A DNA stretch of 58,100 bases, filler included, from Sphacelaria rigidula (Eukaryota): NCBI GenBank assembly GCA_964200075.2. It is 5 parts of 5 records of this genome, joined end to end, with 100 filler letters (N's around TTAATTAATTAA, not from the genome) between each part and the next. Parts side by side here need not be neighbours in the genome. Positions count along the whole stretch, not along the records: positions 1 to 11,541 come from CAXNAA020004810.1; positions 11,642 to 23,181 come from CAXNAA020004811.1; 3 more parts are not named here. One strand, given 5' to 3'. Positions 1 to 12,311 of this stretch are shown here, one piece after another. Below the pieces are notes generated by a model, which worked only from the letters and a program-made list of their open reading frames with translations, did not search any database and had not been told where the DNA came from. The number at the start of each line of letters is the position of its first letter. The stretch's first letter is position 1. A program made the translations under genes and the position numbers.

Positions 1-48
1 ACACAACGTTTCGAAGATTCCGACTGGGTAGAGGGCTGGCAGACTCCC

Positions 49-1328
49 TTGCACAAAGCAATGCATCGATCGATCAGCCGCCGCTCTCCCGACCTCGCTG
101 CTTCTTTAACGCAGATTCTCAACGGCTTCCTCGCCGAGATGGAACCGGACCGTGCCAAGGGGAAGAAAGGCCCGGTATTACTCTCTGATTTGGAGAGGCG
201 TTTAATCGGTTACTTCGATAAACGTGACCAGGCCAGCGCCATCCAGAGGCTAAGTTCTTTTGTCGTCGCATCTGATGTCCCCCTCGCGGATTATCTCCGC
301 GAATTTAAGCTTTTGGTTTCGGGCACGAAGGGTGTCGGACGCCAGAACGGACCGAGCGATGCAATGTGTCAGACTTACGTTCGCAATAGCGTTGCTGAAC
401 AGTATCCGGCTCTGATGCCGTCGTTGTTGCCGGGCGTCTTGGCGCATCGCGAGGAGCCTGACGCCTCCGTTGATACTATGTGGTCTGGGTTCGTACACCA
501 AGAGGGTAATCTAACGCCAGCCATACGTGGCAAACCCTTTACGTCTGTGCGTTCACAACCTACGGCTGTGTCCTCCGCTCATGCCCAAGGGGCTCGCGTC
601 AGGAATTCGAGCTCGTCTCGCGCTTCATGGACCCCCGACTCAGTCACCGGTTCAGTTATGCATGTTCAGAGTACCAGAGATGCATTTAGCGCGAGGTTTA
701 ATGGTTGGCCGTTTTCCGAGGAAACTTAGGATGATGTTTGCATGACATGACTTAAACAACGACATTCATCACCGATGACCCCCATTTGTGGAACCCATTT
801 ATCTTGTCTTCCGCTAGACGTAACGCCTTCAGCAGTCATGCCAATAGTTGCATCAACTGCAGTGTTCAAGTCCACAGCATGCGCGACTGCGACAGTCCGT
901 GCATCAATGCCTTTGATCTCATGAACCCTGAATTGCAGGACAATGAACCCGCGTGGCGCCGATGGCAAAAACGCATGCGCGACTACCGCCCACCTGATCG
1001 AAATTACCGCAACAATTCGAACCAACGTGGCAACAAAAGCTCTAATCGCGGTCGCCGACAAAACAACAATCACGGAAGCCCTCGCCATAATAATAAAAGT
1101 TCTTGCGACAACAAACGTTCCGCTGATAGACACCAGCGGACGGGACCGACACAAAGCTCTAATCCCAACACCAGAAACCCTGGTACCTTCACTACGGATC
1201 GCTTAGATCCACGACACTACGGATCGCTTAGATCCACGACGTGCCGACGCCGGCGCTCTTTGGTCTTCCACGCCGTCGATAGCACGAGCAAAGACTTTCT
1301 CAACACAGCCCGCGGAGTCCGTGTCTAA
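49..1328 (+). pseudogene. gag: gag of Gypsy family A (fragmented)
   Basis: ORFs 49-729 and 786-1328; zinc knuckle CINCSVQVHSMRDC (CX2CX4HX4C) at ~849-890 followed by an R/N-rich basic tail. Confidence 0.75.
1191..1240 (+). repeat. Exact 25-bp tandem duplication ACTACGGATCGCTTAGATCCACGAC x2
   Basis: Read directly. Confidence 0.9.
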
Positions 1329-1531
1329 AATTGCTCACCCGACTCCCCCGGCACTATCCAGGAGCGTAACTGACGGCCGTTCAATCGACCCCCGTCTCCA
1401 ACCTCCACACACTTTTCAACACAGCCCGCAAAGTCCGCGACAAAGATTGCCCACCCGGCTCCCCCGGCACTATGCAGGAGTGCAACTGACGGCCGTTCAT
1501 ATCGACCCCCGTCTTCACCCTTCCACACACC
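1298..1531 (+). repeat. ~116-bp imperfect tandem duplication between gag and protease
   Basis: TCAACACAGCCCGC..CTCCCCCGGCACTAT..AACTGACGGCCGTTCA..ATCGACCCCCGTCT..CCACACAC occurs twice. Confidence 0.85.
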
Positions 1532-2087
1532 GCGAAACAGTTGTGTCACCCCGCGAGTCAGACCTACACCCGGCTTCGAAGTTTGTCCTTCAGTGCCGAG
1601 TATAAGTCTGAGGTGTGGAAAGACCAACCGCCAGTCCCTGAGGCAAAGGCTTCCCTCAGCGACCGCACGCACAGGTAGTAGCAAGCCGTTTTCAGCTGAC
1701 CCAAGTGTTGCTGATTTAAACTTTACCACATCGGAACATGTAATTCTCAATCAGTTGGATCGAGCTCCTCCCCCGCGATTTTCAACACGCACGAACCTAC
1801 CTTCGGCCGGGTTTAATAACAACCGACCCAACATACCTTCGACTCTGCCCCAACAGCCAAATTTGCCTACGGAAAGCAGCCCACAAGTTTCGCTCCGTCA
1901 TACCCCGATGCTGACCCCATTCAAGCAACTGGACGCAGTTGTGGTTTCATCCCCAAATGTTTTGGAAGTTCCCCGACCTTTCACGGCGAAAGAGAAACCC
2001 CCGTAAGCATGCCCCAAGAAAGCGCGCACACCATTACGTACACCTCTTTCGAGCGGAAATCCTCGACCTCAATCTCTCCAGGATGCG

Positions 2088-3074
2088 ATGACTTTGAGTT
2101 CGACGGCACTACCAAGTATCATGGAAGAAAAAAAATCACATAATTCTGACGGCACTACTTCTTCAATCGACGACTCCAGCCCCGCACATTCTGGATCCGC
2201 CTTCGACGGTGATCCCTGTCAACCAAAGACGATCATTTACGAAATCGCCAATGGTCACTCTGACCGTGCCACACCTGGAAATAATATACCGTCCACCCCC
2301 TTCTCTGGTAAGACATCCGACCCACCGGCGGATCATCCGCCGTGCGTTTCTGCTGTGAGCCCCGCTGATCCTGACCAGGTTACCTTGCCGGAACATGGTC
2401 CAGATCTTGTCGGCGGTAAAGTGTCTGTAGATTCGGCCACTTTCACTACTCGCGTTGCGATCCATTCCGGTCCAAACGCTATCACGCCTACGAAATGCCT
2501 ATCTTTGTTGGACAGCGGCAGCCCGCGAACATTTATTCGAGAATCAACATGGAAACACATGAAACAGACTGGCGCTGCTACTGCAGTTTGCGAAACCACC
2601 ACCAAACCTCGCGTGTGGGGCGGTTTCGGTTATTCTGCCACGCCACTGACGACACGTGAATCCGTACGTCTCAGTGTACAATTCTTTCACAACACCACTC
2701 GATCTGCCAGCCTTGTAGTCTGGGCATACATTGTCCCCGACACCACAATGCGCCACGCCATATTATTGGGCAGAGATAGCTATATGCGATTTAATAAACG
2801 CACTTATCGCACGCTACCACCACTAACGCCACATTCCACGCTGCGTGGAGATTTCAACCTCGAGCACTTCGGTACTCTCCACGGCGCCCTGGCTTATCAG
2901 AAGAATCTTCAGGCAACCGGAACTGCTTACCACCTACGATATAACGGTAGCGTGGGTATAACACTCTCCGACGACTCCCAACTTCTTGCAGTTACCCCGA
3001 ATCAGCGCACCAGCCGACACAGAACATTTGGTGTCGGCGGGACAACAACTCCTCCCTCTTACGGGACATGCTAA
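2088..3074 (+). pseudogene. Retroviral-type aspartic protease region, family A
   Basis: LLDSGS active-site motif at ~2505-2522 and downstream ILLGRD motif. Confidence 0.85.
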
Positions 3075-3585
3075 CTTGGAACCCGGCGATGTTTTAGGAG
3101 TCGCCGCTGCTCTCCCGATGCACATCCCACTCGAGACGTGGGTCACAGAGTCTGCCGCGCCAAACGCCACATCTCTGGCGGAGTCAATCCATTGTGTCGA
3201 TGAACCCTATTTCGATCTCGCCTCTGCGACTCCACCCCAGGTCCACACCGTGGGTCCTGCCCAGTCAAATTCCGATTCTTCTGCTAAAGTTCTTTAACGC
3301 TTATCACCAGATTCTCGGAATATTTTCTTGCACATGTGGAACCAACTGCCGCCGCACATGTGCGACATCAATGTTGACCTTCATGGGCCCGGCTGGTAAC
3401 CGGCAGTCATCCAAGAACTCAGAGATGTCCTGCTACAGTACCGAGACCGATTTTCCCGATCCAAGACGGATCTTGGGCATTGCAAAACACTTCCCTCAGA
3501 GGTTACCCTCCAACCCGGTGTCTCGCCGATTTCTTCTCGGCCATACCGTACCAACCTAATCCTTACCAAGAAAGTTAACGCCAAC

Positions 3586-5138
3586 TTGGATGCGTATCTG
3601 GGAGCAGGATTAATACAACATTCCTCCTCTTTTTGGGACTCGCCCCTTGTGGTAGTCCCCAAGAAGGATGGAAACATACGTATAATCGCGAGTTATCAAC
3701 GGTTGAACCGCGTCACTGTAGTCGGCAAACTTCCGATTCCCCACATTGATGAACTCTTCGACTCCCCAGGCGAAGGCAAAATATTCAGCACCTTCGACCT
3801 CGCTTCTGGATTTTTTCAGAATGCTATACACCCTGACACAGTCCCACTGGCGGCTTTTTGTACCTCGTCCGGACTCTATGAGTGGCTTCGGATGCTACAA
3901 GGCGCCGCCACTTCCCCGCAATGCTTTCAACGCTTAATGCAACGCGTCACCGAGGGCCTCGAGCACATCATTATCATCATGTACCTGGATGACGCTATCG
4001 CTTTCGATGCCACACCTATTGCACATATACACACTCTACGAGAATTTCTCTCGCGCCTACGCATGCACGATTTGAAACTGTGTCCATCCAAAGCTCGCCT
4101 TGGTGCGACTGACTTGGATTTCTAGGGGCATTCCATTTCGCCGGCAGGCCTGCGTCCGGATACCAACAAAGTCAAGGTGATGCCTGATTTGCCGATGCGA
4201 GTCATCCTACGATAGGGGGGAGGGTATTTGTTTGCACGAAAAAAAAGGCTAATAAGTGTGTCAGATGACCTGCAACACTCCCGATGCGCTTGGATTTGGT
4301 TCAAAACGGTGTCAATCGGTATGAACGAGCGTTATGTATCTATAACAAGCTCGTTCAAGCAACAGTCGCTGATTTCAGCGGCGATTTGTCTAGGAATTTC
4401 GTGCAAGAAATGACCCAAAATACCCCCCCCCCTATCGTAGGGTGACTCATGCCAACCAACATTTCTCAACTTCGTTCATTGATGGGCGGGCTATCCTACT
4501 ACCGTAAATTTTTGCCGAATTCATCGAAACGGATTCGCCCCCTTACTGAGCTACTCAAGAAAGGAGCCGTGTTTTCTTTCACAAACGAAATGGAAAATAT
4601 CACCCGCGAATTACTCAAGACACCTACCGAAAAGCCCGTACTTTGCTTTCCTGATTGGCAGGCAGTAAAAGATGGCTCTCACCTTTTCCAACTCCACACT
4701 GACGCCAGCACAAACGGATTTCGAGGAGTTTTGAATCAACCTCAGGTTGATGGCTCTGTCCGACCCATCCTTTATATCAGCCGCGCTACCCTGCCCAACG
4801 AGGCCAATTGGAGCCCGCTAGAACTGGAAGGCGCAGCAATCACTTGGGCCATTAAGCGCCTTCGACAATATCTGTTTCACGTGCCCTTCGAATTCTATAC
4901 GGATCACGGAGCACTTGAACAACTCGCCAAGGTTGGCGAACACAACCCTCGTGTACAACGATGGTTGGAGTTTCTAACAGCATACCAGTATACCATTAAG
5001 CACCGTCCAGGCAAAAACATCGGGAACGCTGATCTTCTTTCCCGCCTGCCTCTGCCGCCTACGGCCGCAGATTCCAGCCCGGCTTGCCGTTTAACGAAAC
5101 CCGATGAACCTGGAATTTACGCGATTAGGCGTTTTTAA
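3586..5138 (+). pseudogene. pol: Reverse transcriptase - RNase H, family A (stop at 4123-4125 and a MITE insertion)
   Basis: SPLVVVPKKDG, FDLASGFFQ, MYLDDA; RNase H HTDAS, ELE, YTDH, NADLLSR. Confidence 0.93.
4199..4448. mobile_element. MITE family 1 (250 bp), Sola2-like non-autonomous DNA transposon
   Basis: TIRs GAGTCATCCTACGATAGGGGGG / CCCCCCTATCGTAGGGTGACTC; 4-bp TSD ATGC (4195-4198, 4449-4452); removal restores the pol frame LPMPTN. Confidence 0.9.
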
Positions 5139-5185
5139 CGCCCGTTTACGCCCTCGACCTCCAGTGCCCGGAAACCGGTATTCAT

Positions 5186-8155
5186 ATGGGAGGACCTCGC
5201 CCTCTACCATATGACGCCGTCTTGGGTGGGCTAAAGCCCACTTCCTCGGATTTTGTCGATTTTCGCACTTTCGGTACTCGCGCGAAACTCTTCGCGGAGA
5301 CACCTTCAGTCACCCACCTAATCTCCGACGACACGCGCTCCCGGTCTGCCATCCGCACCACACCGAGTGCCCCGCCGCCACCGAGAACACCTGCAACCTC
5401 TATGAGCCACCCAGCACAAGTTCTACGGACCAGCACGCAACGCTCCGCGAAAGCTTCTGCACCGTGCACCACGAGCCGCGGACAACCTTCGCCGCGCACT
5501 GATACAACCCCGCCGCTCATCACGTCGCCGCCAACGTTTACCGCTCCCGAGCACGGCGCTGACGACTTAGCTCCGGCTTCCGGGACAGATATTGACGTCG
5601 GCATCTCCGCCCCGTCTCCTATTGACCCGCCGCCTGCCCCACCATGTTTGGTCGGCTCGCCAGCGGCAAGTCAACAACGCGAGTTCCTCGTCAGCTTCTC
5701 CCACCGCGATTTGGCTCGCGAACAGAACGCAGAACCACTATGTCGCGCAGCCATCTGGCACTTACAACTCGACCGTCCGGTTCCTTTTCTACCCACACTT
5801 CTGGCCCCGGTTGACACACTGCCACTACCGGTTATTTCTGACGTACACGCGCTCGTGCGTAAAGGCACCCTTTTTACCACGGATGAAGGTGTGCAGCTAC
5901 TCGTGCGGCAGCCCACGCCTTTGACGGGCGCAATTGCCGCCTCAACTACGGGATGCATCGCACGGCTACTCAATGACGAACCCACGCGAATACATGTGCC
6001 ATTATTAATGCGCCCCTGGGTCATGAAAGGCTGCCACACACACTTGTCATGTCACCTTGGCGTCACTCGCACCCTCGCGCTCTTGGAACGCTTTTACTGG
6101 TGGGTTGGCATGGAAGGTTCAACCCGCTTCTAGATTCGGCGATGCTTCAAATGCCAAGCCCGAAACACTTCACGACAGACAGTATGCTGGCCCGTCATCT
6201 CTATGGGACTCCCCGACGGGCCCGGTCACCTTGTATCCTTTGACTACCTTGGCCCTCTACCGACCACAGATCGCGGCAACACCTACATCTTACTCTTCAC
6301 TGACCGCTTCAGCCGCCACGCGTCCATGTACGCGGTAACCGCCGCAGATTTCACTTTCGCCGGAACGGCCGACATATTGGTCCACGATTACATTAAGCAC
6401 TACGGTTGTCCAAAGCGACTACTTTCAGACAATGGTCAGCAATTTTACTCAGATCTCTCCGATGAGCTTTACAAGCTCCTGGGCATCCGCAACATTGCCA
6501 CGAGCGCCTCCCACCCGAACGGCAACGGTGGTACCGAAAGAGTTAATCACATCATGGTCCAGATGCTCTCTGTGGTTGTCAATGACCGCCAAAATGACTG
6601 GGACCTACATCTCTCGCACATGATGTTGTCCTACGAGTCATCCTACGATAGGGAGGGGGGGGGATTTTGGGCCACTTCTTGCACGACATTCCGAGTCAAA
6701 TCGACGTTGACAGGAGCAACGCTTGCTCGAACGAGCTTGTTTTAGATTAATAATGCTCATTCATACCGATTGACACCGTTTTGAACCAAATACAAGCGCA
6801 CCGCGAGTGTGGCAGGTCGTCTGACACACTTTTAAGTTCTTTTTTCGGGTAATCAATCCCCCCCCCCCCTATCGTAGGATGACTCCTACAACAACTCGGT
6901 TAATGCCGCCACAGACCTTTCTCCGAACGAACTCCATCTTGGACGTTACCCTCGGCTGCCTATCACCGTGTTTGAGTGACACACGTTCGACGGTCACCAA
7001 GGACTAGATCAGGATCAGATATCCTACCACGAGCTAGCGCATGCGCGACAGCGCAAAGCGTTTACCCTCGTGCGCGAACAACACACTATCAACGCCTCGC
7101 GCCTAGAGAGATCTAACACTGCTCTCTACAATCCCATGCACGAATGTCCTAACTAGAAAGTTGGTGATTGGGTTTGGATGTACAACAGTTTGTCGACCAT
7201 CCGCCAAGGCACCAGCAAGGCAGCCAATTAAACAATTTTGAAGACAAAGTTGTCCCTCAATTGGACAGGACCATTCAAGACCCTGACAGTCGGGCCATCG
7301 TCATCATCACCAGATGACAAACCCGTTGGTGACAAACTGCTCCATCTCGACTTGCCTCGCGACTTCCAGGGCAGAGGCACAAAGCTTTGCGTCTCCGTGC
7401 ACAGATGCAAACCCTGCACGAACCCGCATGATACATGTGGCATGCCCAGGTACCTGCCTACCGGACTCAAACAGTATGTTCTCAACAGCTACTCGGCCAA
7501 GTCCCCGCCCTACCACGTTACAACCGACGATGTGACGGAACAGCCCCTTTGATTGACCGTGTCCTCCATCTCCGGCCAACAGATAACCCGTGGTCGAGGT
7601 GGCAAGATCGCTGTCATGTATAAAACACACTGGCACGGTCTTCGGAGAGCGTCTTGGGAACGCGAATCCGACCTGCAATTGCACCGTCGTGCAATCCTCC
7701 TTTACTGGACGCAATCCCAACATCAGCATCTTGCTCACAACAAGAAATATCCCAACATGCGCCGTGGCGCAGCAGTCCGCGAACTTCACCGCAATCAGGG
7801 ACTACGCTTCGTCGCCGATGGTTACGAACTTGTACCCTCCAAGACTTCCAAGACGAAGTTCTGCGCGAACCAGCGACTCCTGCCCAAGGGCAGCTACCTT
7901 TGGTTCAAAGGCAGCGACAACCTCTGGTGGTTGGGTCAGATCCACTCCGCTAACCTGGTTTCGGCCGACACATACACCGTGCGCTTCATCGATGACCCTA
8001 GACCCATACAGCTCAAGCTTTGGCCAGCACTATACACCAACAGCCCATCTGCACCACGTGGATCCTGGTGTCTCCAGCGCCTCAAGTCCAAAGGACTTCG
8101 CCGCGGTCTCCAGCGCAACATCGACCACACCCACGTCGTCCACGCCCCGCTTTGA
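5186..8155 (+). pseudogene. Integrase of family A with C-terminal chromodomain-like and PWWP/Tudor-like regions
   Basis: H..H..CFKC zinc-binding module; FDYLG, TDRFS, LSDNG, TERVN core; WTGPF motif; YKTHWHG..SWERESDL; GSYLWFK..WWLGQI..YTVRFIDD; several premature stops. Confidence 0.85.
6635..6885. mobile_element. MITE family 1 (251 bp), opposite orientation to 4199-4448
   Basis: TIRs GAGTCATCCTACGATAGGG / CCCTATCGTAGGATGACTC; TSD CTAC (6631-6634, 6886-6889); the empty site is visible in copy 2 at ~23499. Confidence 0.92.
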
Positions 8156-8748
8156 GCCACGCTTCCTTGTCGCAACTGTTGCCCCACCCCCATTTTGTTT
8201 TCGTAAGCGTTGTCTGCCCTCCCTTCTCCACCAGGACCATCTTCTACGACACCACAACAACGCGACCTACATCGGACGATGATCAAGAATTACTGGACGA
8301 CCACCATCTACGACTACTGGAGCTATAGTATCCTCTTGCGACTGGCGCCCGATCTCGTTGGAACACCGATTTTCAGATTTCTGATCTTGCAGTTTTTAGC
8401 ACCTTTGGATTCCCCTAGGTTGAAGCTCTGCTCCCTGTTTTACCTCCCTGTTTTCCTCCCTGCAACTTTGCTAGGACGCCGAAGCAATTAGTGCTTCTTC
8501 GTTGATCGCTACCACGCAGAAGCAGCTTGTGCTTCCGCGTTTCGCAGTAGTTTTTTGCTCCTCGAAGCAGTCTATGCTTCCCTTCTTTTGAGGTGTGGGA
8601 GTGGGTACAGGATTGTTGGTACGGGAGTGTTTCCCTAGGTGTGCTTAGTTAACCGCTCATGACTTTACGGGTAAATAAAAACCTTAGTTTTCGCTGCTCT
8701 GAGGATAGATCCTCGTAGCTGTAATACAGGTCCGTCTGGGTGGGTTAG

Positions 8749-9087
8749 TGTCATGAAGACGCATATTAGCCTGTTGTCATGCCGCTTCAGACCCGTTGTC
8801 GAGTCTGGCTATTTGCTTTCTGGTGTTCCGGTTTTCAAGACTGCAGGTCTGTTCGGAGTTGGTCGGGTACGAATGTGAGCTTGTATATGGTAAGAGATGG
8901 TGACAGCCAGATCTGCTTGAAGCAGGTCCAGCTCGCCTACCTCCCTCACTATCCATCGCTACCCTATTGCTCTCCAGCAAGAGACGTCTAAGCATCGGTG
9001 AGACCTATTGACTGGTTTGGATACTGGACTTAAAAACAAAACAATCAAGGAGAAGCAAAGAACCATCGCGTGAAACCTCGTCTGACA
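8749..9087 (+). repeat. Probable 3' LTR of family A copy 1
   Basis: Starts TGTCATGA right after GGGTGGGTTAG (PPT-like); same start at 25713 in copy 2; ends with inverted TGACA at 9083-9087; right boundary less certain. Confidence 0.6.
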
Positions 9088-11439
9088 TTTGGTTGCTCAG
9101 CCTATGTGCAGCACCTGCAAGCTATGACAGCCTGACTGTTGTCCACTTGCCTCGTAAGCTCGTGCCTTGGGTTGCAAGCGGTGCCCTTGCAAATATAGTG
9201 CAACAGCTCTTCATTACACATAGTCAACCACGCACTGCAAATTTGAATGCATCGATTGTACATGCCACGCACTTCTTACCATCATGAGTCGGGAACGTCA
9301 TGTACAACTTGCTTGACCAGGTCGTTCGAGGTGAGCGCCCGTATATTTTTCACACCTTCGGCCTAATACGGGACCAACAAGTTGTACAGGTTGAATCATC
9401 ACTTCAGATGGACCCTGAACCACGCGGAATTTTCTCGCAACTGCAATGCGCGCAAGATGACTGCGCTGCATATGTGTTATCCACCCTCGACTCAGCGCAT
9501 CAACACTTTATACAGCATGCCTGCTTTCGCATCATGGGGAGTCGACTCGTATGAACTTTGATTCGTCCTAACCGTTAAATTGTTATAATTCTGTTTATTT
9601 TTCGCTAATGTTGAAGAAATTGATCAAGAAATGCTGACAAAAACCGATGATTCTGGTGGGGTTTGCGAGGTTCGTATGTTTGCTTCTTCTGCTCCTTGCC
9701 CGCTCAGTCCCGATGACCTCATATGCGGGCCAAGCTCACACACCTGGATGAACACGAGCGCACGGTAGCGACAGCCTGCAGCCAAAGTAGCAACACTATC
9801 TCACGCGTCGATAAACTCGCCCGGGCTACTGATAGGTTCTGGAAGCACATGACACAGCACATGATCCCATAAGTGTATTCATGGTGAGTGATGAGCTTGG
9901 GGAGGCGGCGTGTCCGCCATCTCATCGGTGTCCATGCCAAGGATCTCTGTACACGGCAGCTGACCGCATCCGCCAACGCCTAGGCAATAAACTAGGGGAC
10001 AGCAGGCTGGGTGTCCCCCCTCAATCTTTTTATCTTGAGCGTACGTGTCCAGGAATGGTTCATTTTACAGACCCTTGGGCATTCCGATATGTGTTTTTGA
10101 AGCGTATATTTTGGCGCAGGACTACACAAAACTGAGTCATTTCACATATTCACCAGTGCTGTTCCTTTTCGATAATATGGAGGCATATGTCTCGGAGACG
10201 TGTACTTTCTAGTAAATAGAGTCATGTTCCGCTGTTCCAATTATCTTGAGTTCGGCGAGGAGGTCATCGTGGGAAGAGAGTTGGGCGCTGTCAGCTCCAA
10301 CGGCAGGCTTCACGGGCGATGCTCCATGTTGGAGAAGGCTGCATCACGCACGAGATCTGTCACAGCACATATCGCAAACGATTGCTGCTGAAAAGATGAC
10401 TGGATACGCTAGAACAGAGCGTAGTTGGTGAGGGGTCCTCTAGATGCGGGCCCCACGCTGTGCGCATCGGTCTTGAAACACACATACATGGAACACACTA
10501 CTTGCTGTCTGTTCGACACTGTGTACCAACCGCAGCGTGACGCCTCGAGCGGTACTGCCTGCTCACTGCACAGCGGCAGGGTGTAGGGGGACAAAGCACA
10601 CCGCAGGAAGTCACATCCTTCGGCTACCCCTGTGCTGCATTGATTCCACGCAGTCCTATGCAGTTCACCACACCATGAACGTAGACGCTTGTGGTGCGCC
10701 CAACGTGTGCGTTGGGTATCACTCCTCGCTACGCGCTATCGCTACGCCACGTTTTGTACAGTTGTCGGCGTTGCAGCTAACGGTACAGTTAGCCTAGGGA
10801 GCGCACGCAGGTGTGAAAGGCCGCCTCCGCCGCTACACTGGCTGTCTGTATCTTGGGTGAAGCTGTATGGTAACACAGCCGCTATGACGCACAAGCTGCC
10901 TGTACTATAAAATTTCACACCGTGGAGATTTCTACACACTGTTGTCTCTATGTGTACTCGTAGCGTGCAGTTACCGACTGCAAGTGCGAGTACTACACAA
11001 ATAGTTACAGTCCGCAATAGATCCCATACTGCGCGCAGTACACTTTTATCGTTGTGTTCGTACTGACTACGTAGAAATCTTTGTCCAGGGTAGGGTGCGG
11101 TATACATTTCCACATGCAATGTTACTCGGTGAGATCGTGAACAAATCCGCAACACATCGGCGAAGTGCAAGTGAGTCAATCGCCAAAATATTCACGCGCA
11201 TACTCTGCTCCAGTGCGATGTCAGCTGATATCGCTAGAAAAACACCACTATAACCACCTTGCCGGTTGCCAGACTGTCAGCACTCGAGATACGCTAGCAT
11301 TGCTACTATCTGTACTGGTATGTTGCCTACTTGTCGAGTACGCTGGCAAGGGGTCTGTGGCAGAACGCAGTGGTCGCGTGGAAGCAGCTTAACCTCGACT
11401 TGTCGAGCATTTTGGACCGGGGACCTTCAGCCCCCGACC

Positions 11440-11541
11440 GAGTCATCCTACGATAGGGGGGGGAGGGTATTTTGGGCCATTTGTTGCTCGAAATGTTGAG
11501 GCCGATCGCCGTGAGCACCTGCCACCGTTGTTCGATCGAGC
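11440..11541. mobile_element. MITE family 1 left end (truncated by contig end)
   Basis: GAGTCATCCTACGATAGGGGGGGGAGGGTATTTTGGGCCA matches the TIR of 4199 and 6635. Confidence 0.85.
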
Positions 11542-11641
11542 NNNNNNNNNNNNNNNNNNNNNNNNNNNNNNNNNNNNNNNNNNNNTTAATTAATTAANNN
11601 NNNNNNNNNNNNNNNNNNNNNNNNNNNNNNNNNNNNNNNNN
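11542..11641. other. Artificial contig linker
   Basis: N-run, TTAATTAATTAA (stops in all frames), N-run; 100 bp. Confidence 0.98.
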
Positions 11642-12253
11642 GTGCCTCCATGTCAGAGCGGCATCCGGGGGGGCGTCGACTGGGAGCGGGGGGGGGGGGG
11701 CGGGGGGGATCGGGTGGCACATTTATGCTTCAGGAGACTTTGGTCGTGTGGTATCTTCAACAAGAAAGTGACGGAGAGTACTTTGGTGTGGTATGCTCGC
11801 GTTTTTCTTGCACTTTCACCTCATCGTGCGGCAGAGGCAGGGGACAGTTTCAAAAATTATTAACACTCACGAACTCACGACAGGGAAACGGCTACAAGGT
11901 CGGCCAAATGTCTGTGGTGGCACCCAACGCACCACGGGAGATCCAACGAACACGATCGCATGAGAGGGGTGGACTGACCTGGCATGGTATGGTGGGGAAT
12001 AAACGTGATAGAATAAAGACGGAGGCTGGGACTTGTTGTTTCGCCACTACAGTCAACCAGCCCATCGCAACCGTGCGCTTCAACCCTTGGGCTCGCAGAC
12101 GTGTAAATGTGTGACCATGTTCTTACTGCCTTTTTCGCTACTTGCTTCTCATGTGATGTGTCAGTGCCCGCGCAGTGAACACTAGTATGGAATGGCAGTC
12201 AGGATATAGTTGCGCTGGTACCACTTCGATAAGCGCACGAATGTTTACTGGAA

Positions 12254-12272
12254 GCGCGTGCGCGCGCGCGCG

Positions 12273-12310
<38 letters not shown>
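12254..12310. repeat. Compound (GC)n-(CA)n microsatellite
   Basis: Read directly. Confidence 0.95.

Positions 12311-12311
<1 letters not shown>

Larger units (their letters stand above)
1..9087 (+). mobile_element. Ty3/Gypsy LTR retrotransposon family A, copy 1 (5' end off contig; decayed)
   Basis: Domain order gag(CCHC)-PR(LLDSGS)-RT(YLDD)-RNaseH(TDAS)-IN(HHCC, D..D..E, GPF), then a purine-rich tract and TGTCA..TGACA LTR; many stops and frameshifts. Confidence 0.92.

Noticed and set aside
4199..4448. MITE family 1 as an Introner (its TIR gives a C-rich tract plus TAG acceptor)
   Set aside because: The terminal GT (GTCATC) is a poor donor and splicing there would leave 14 extra nt, breaking the frame; no transcript evidence
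9088..9110. PBS-like TGGTTGCTC after LTR A, implying a tandem element
   Set aside because: No recognisable gag follows and the tRNA match cannot be verified
11586..11597. Recurring TTAATTAATTAA motif and ORFs ending in XXX-LIN
   Set aside because: Synthetic spacer inside N runs
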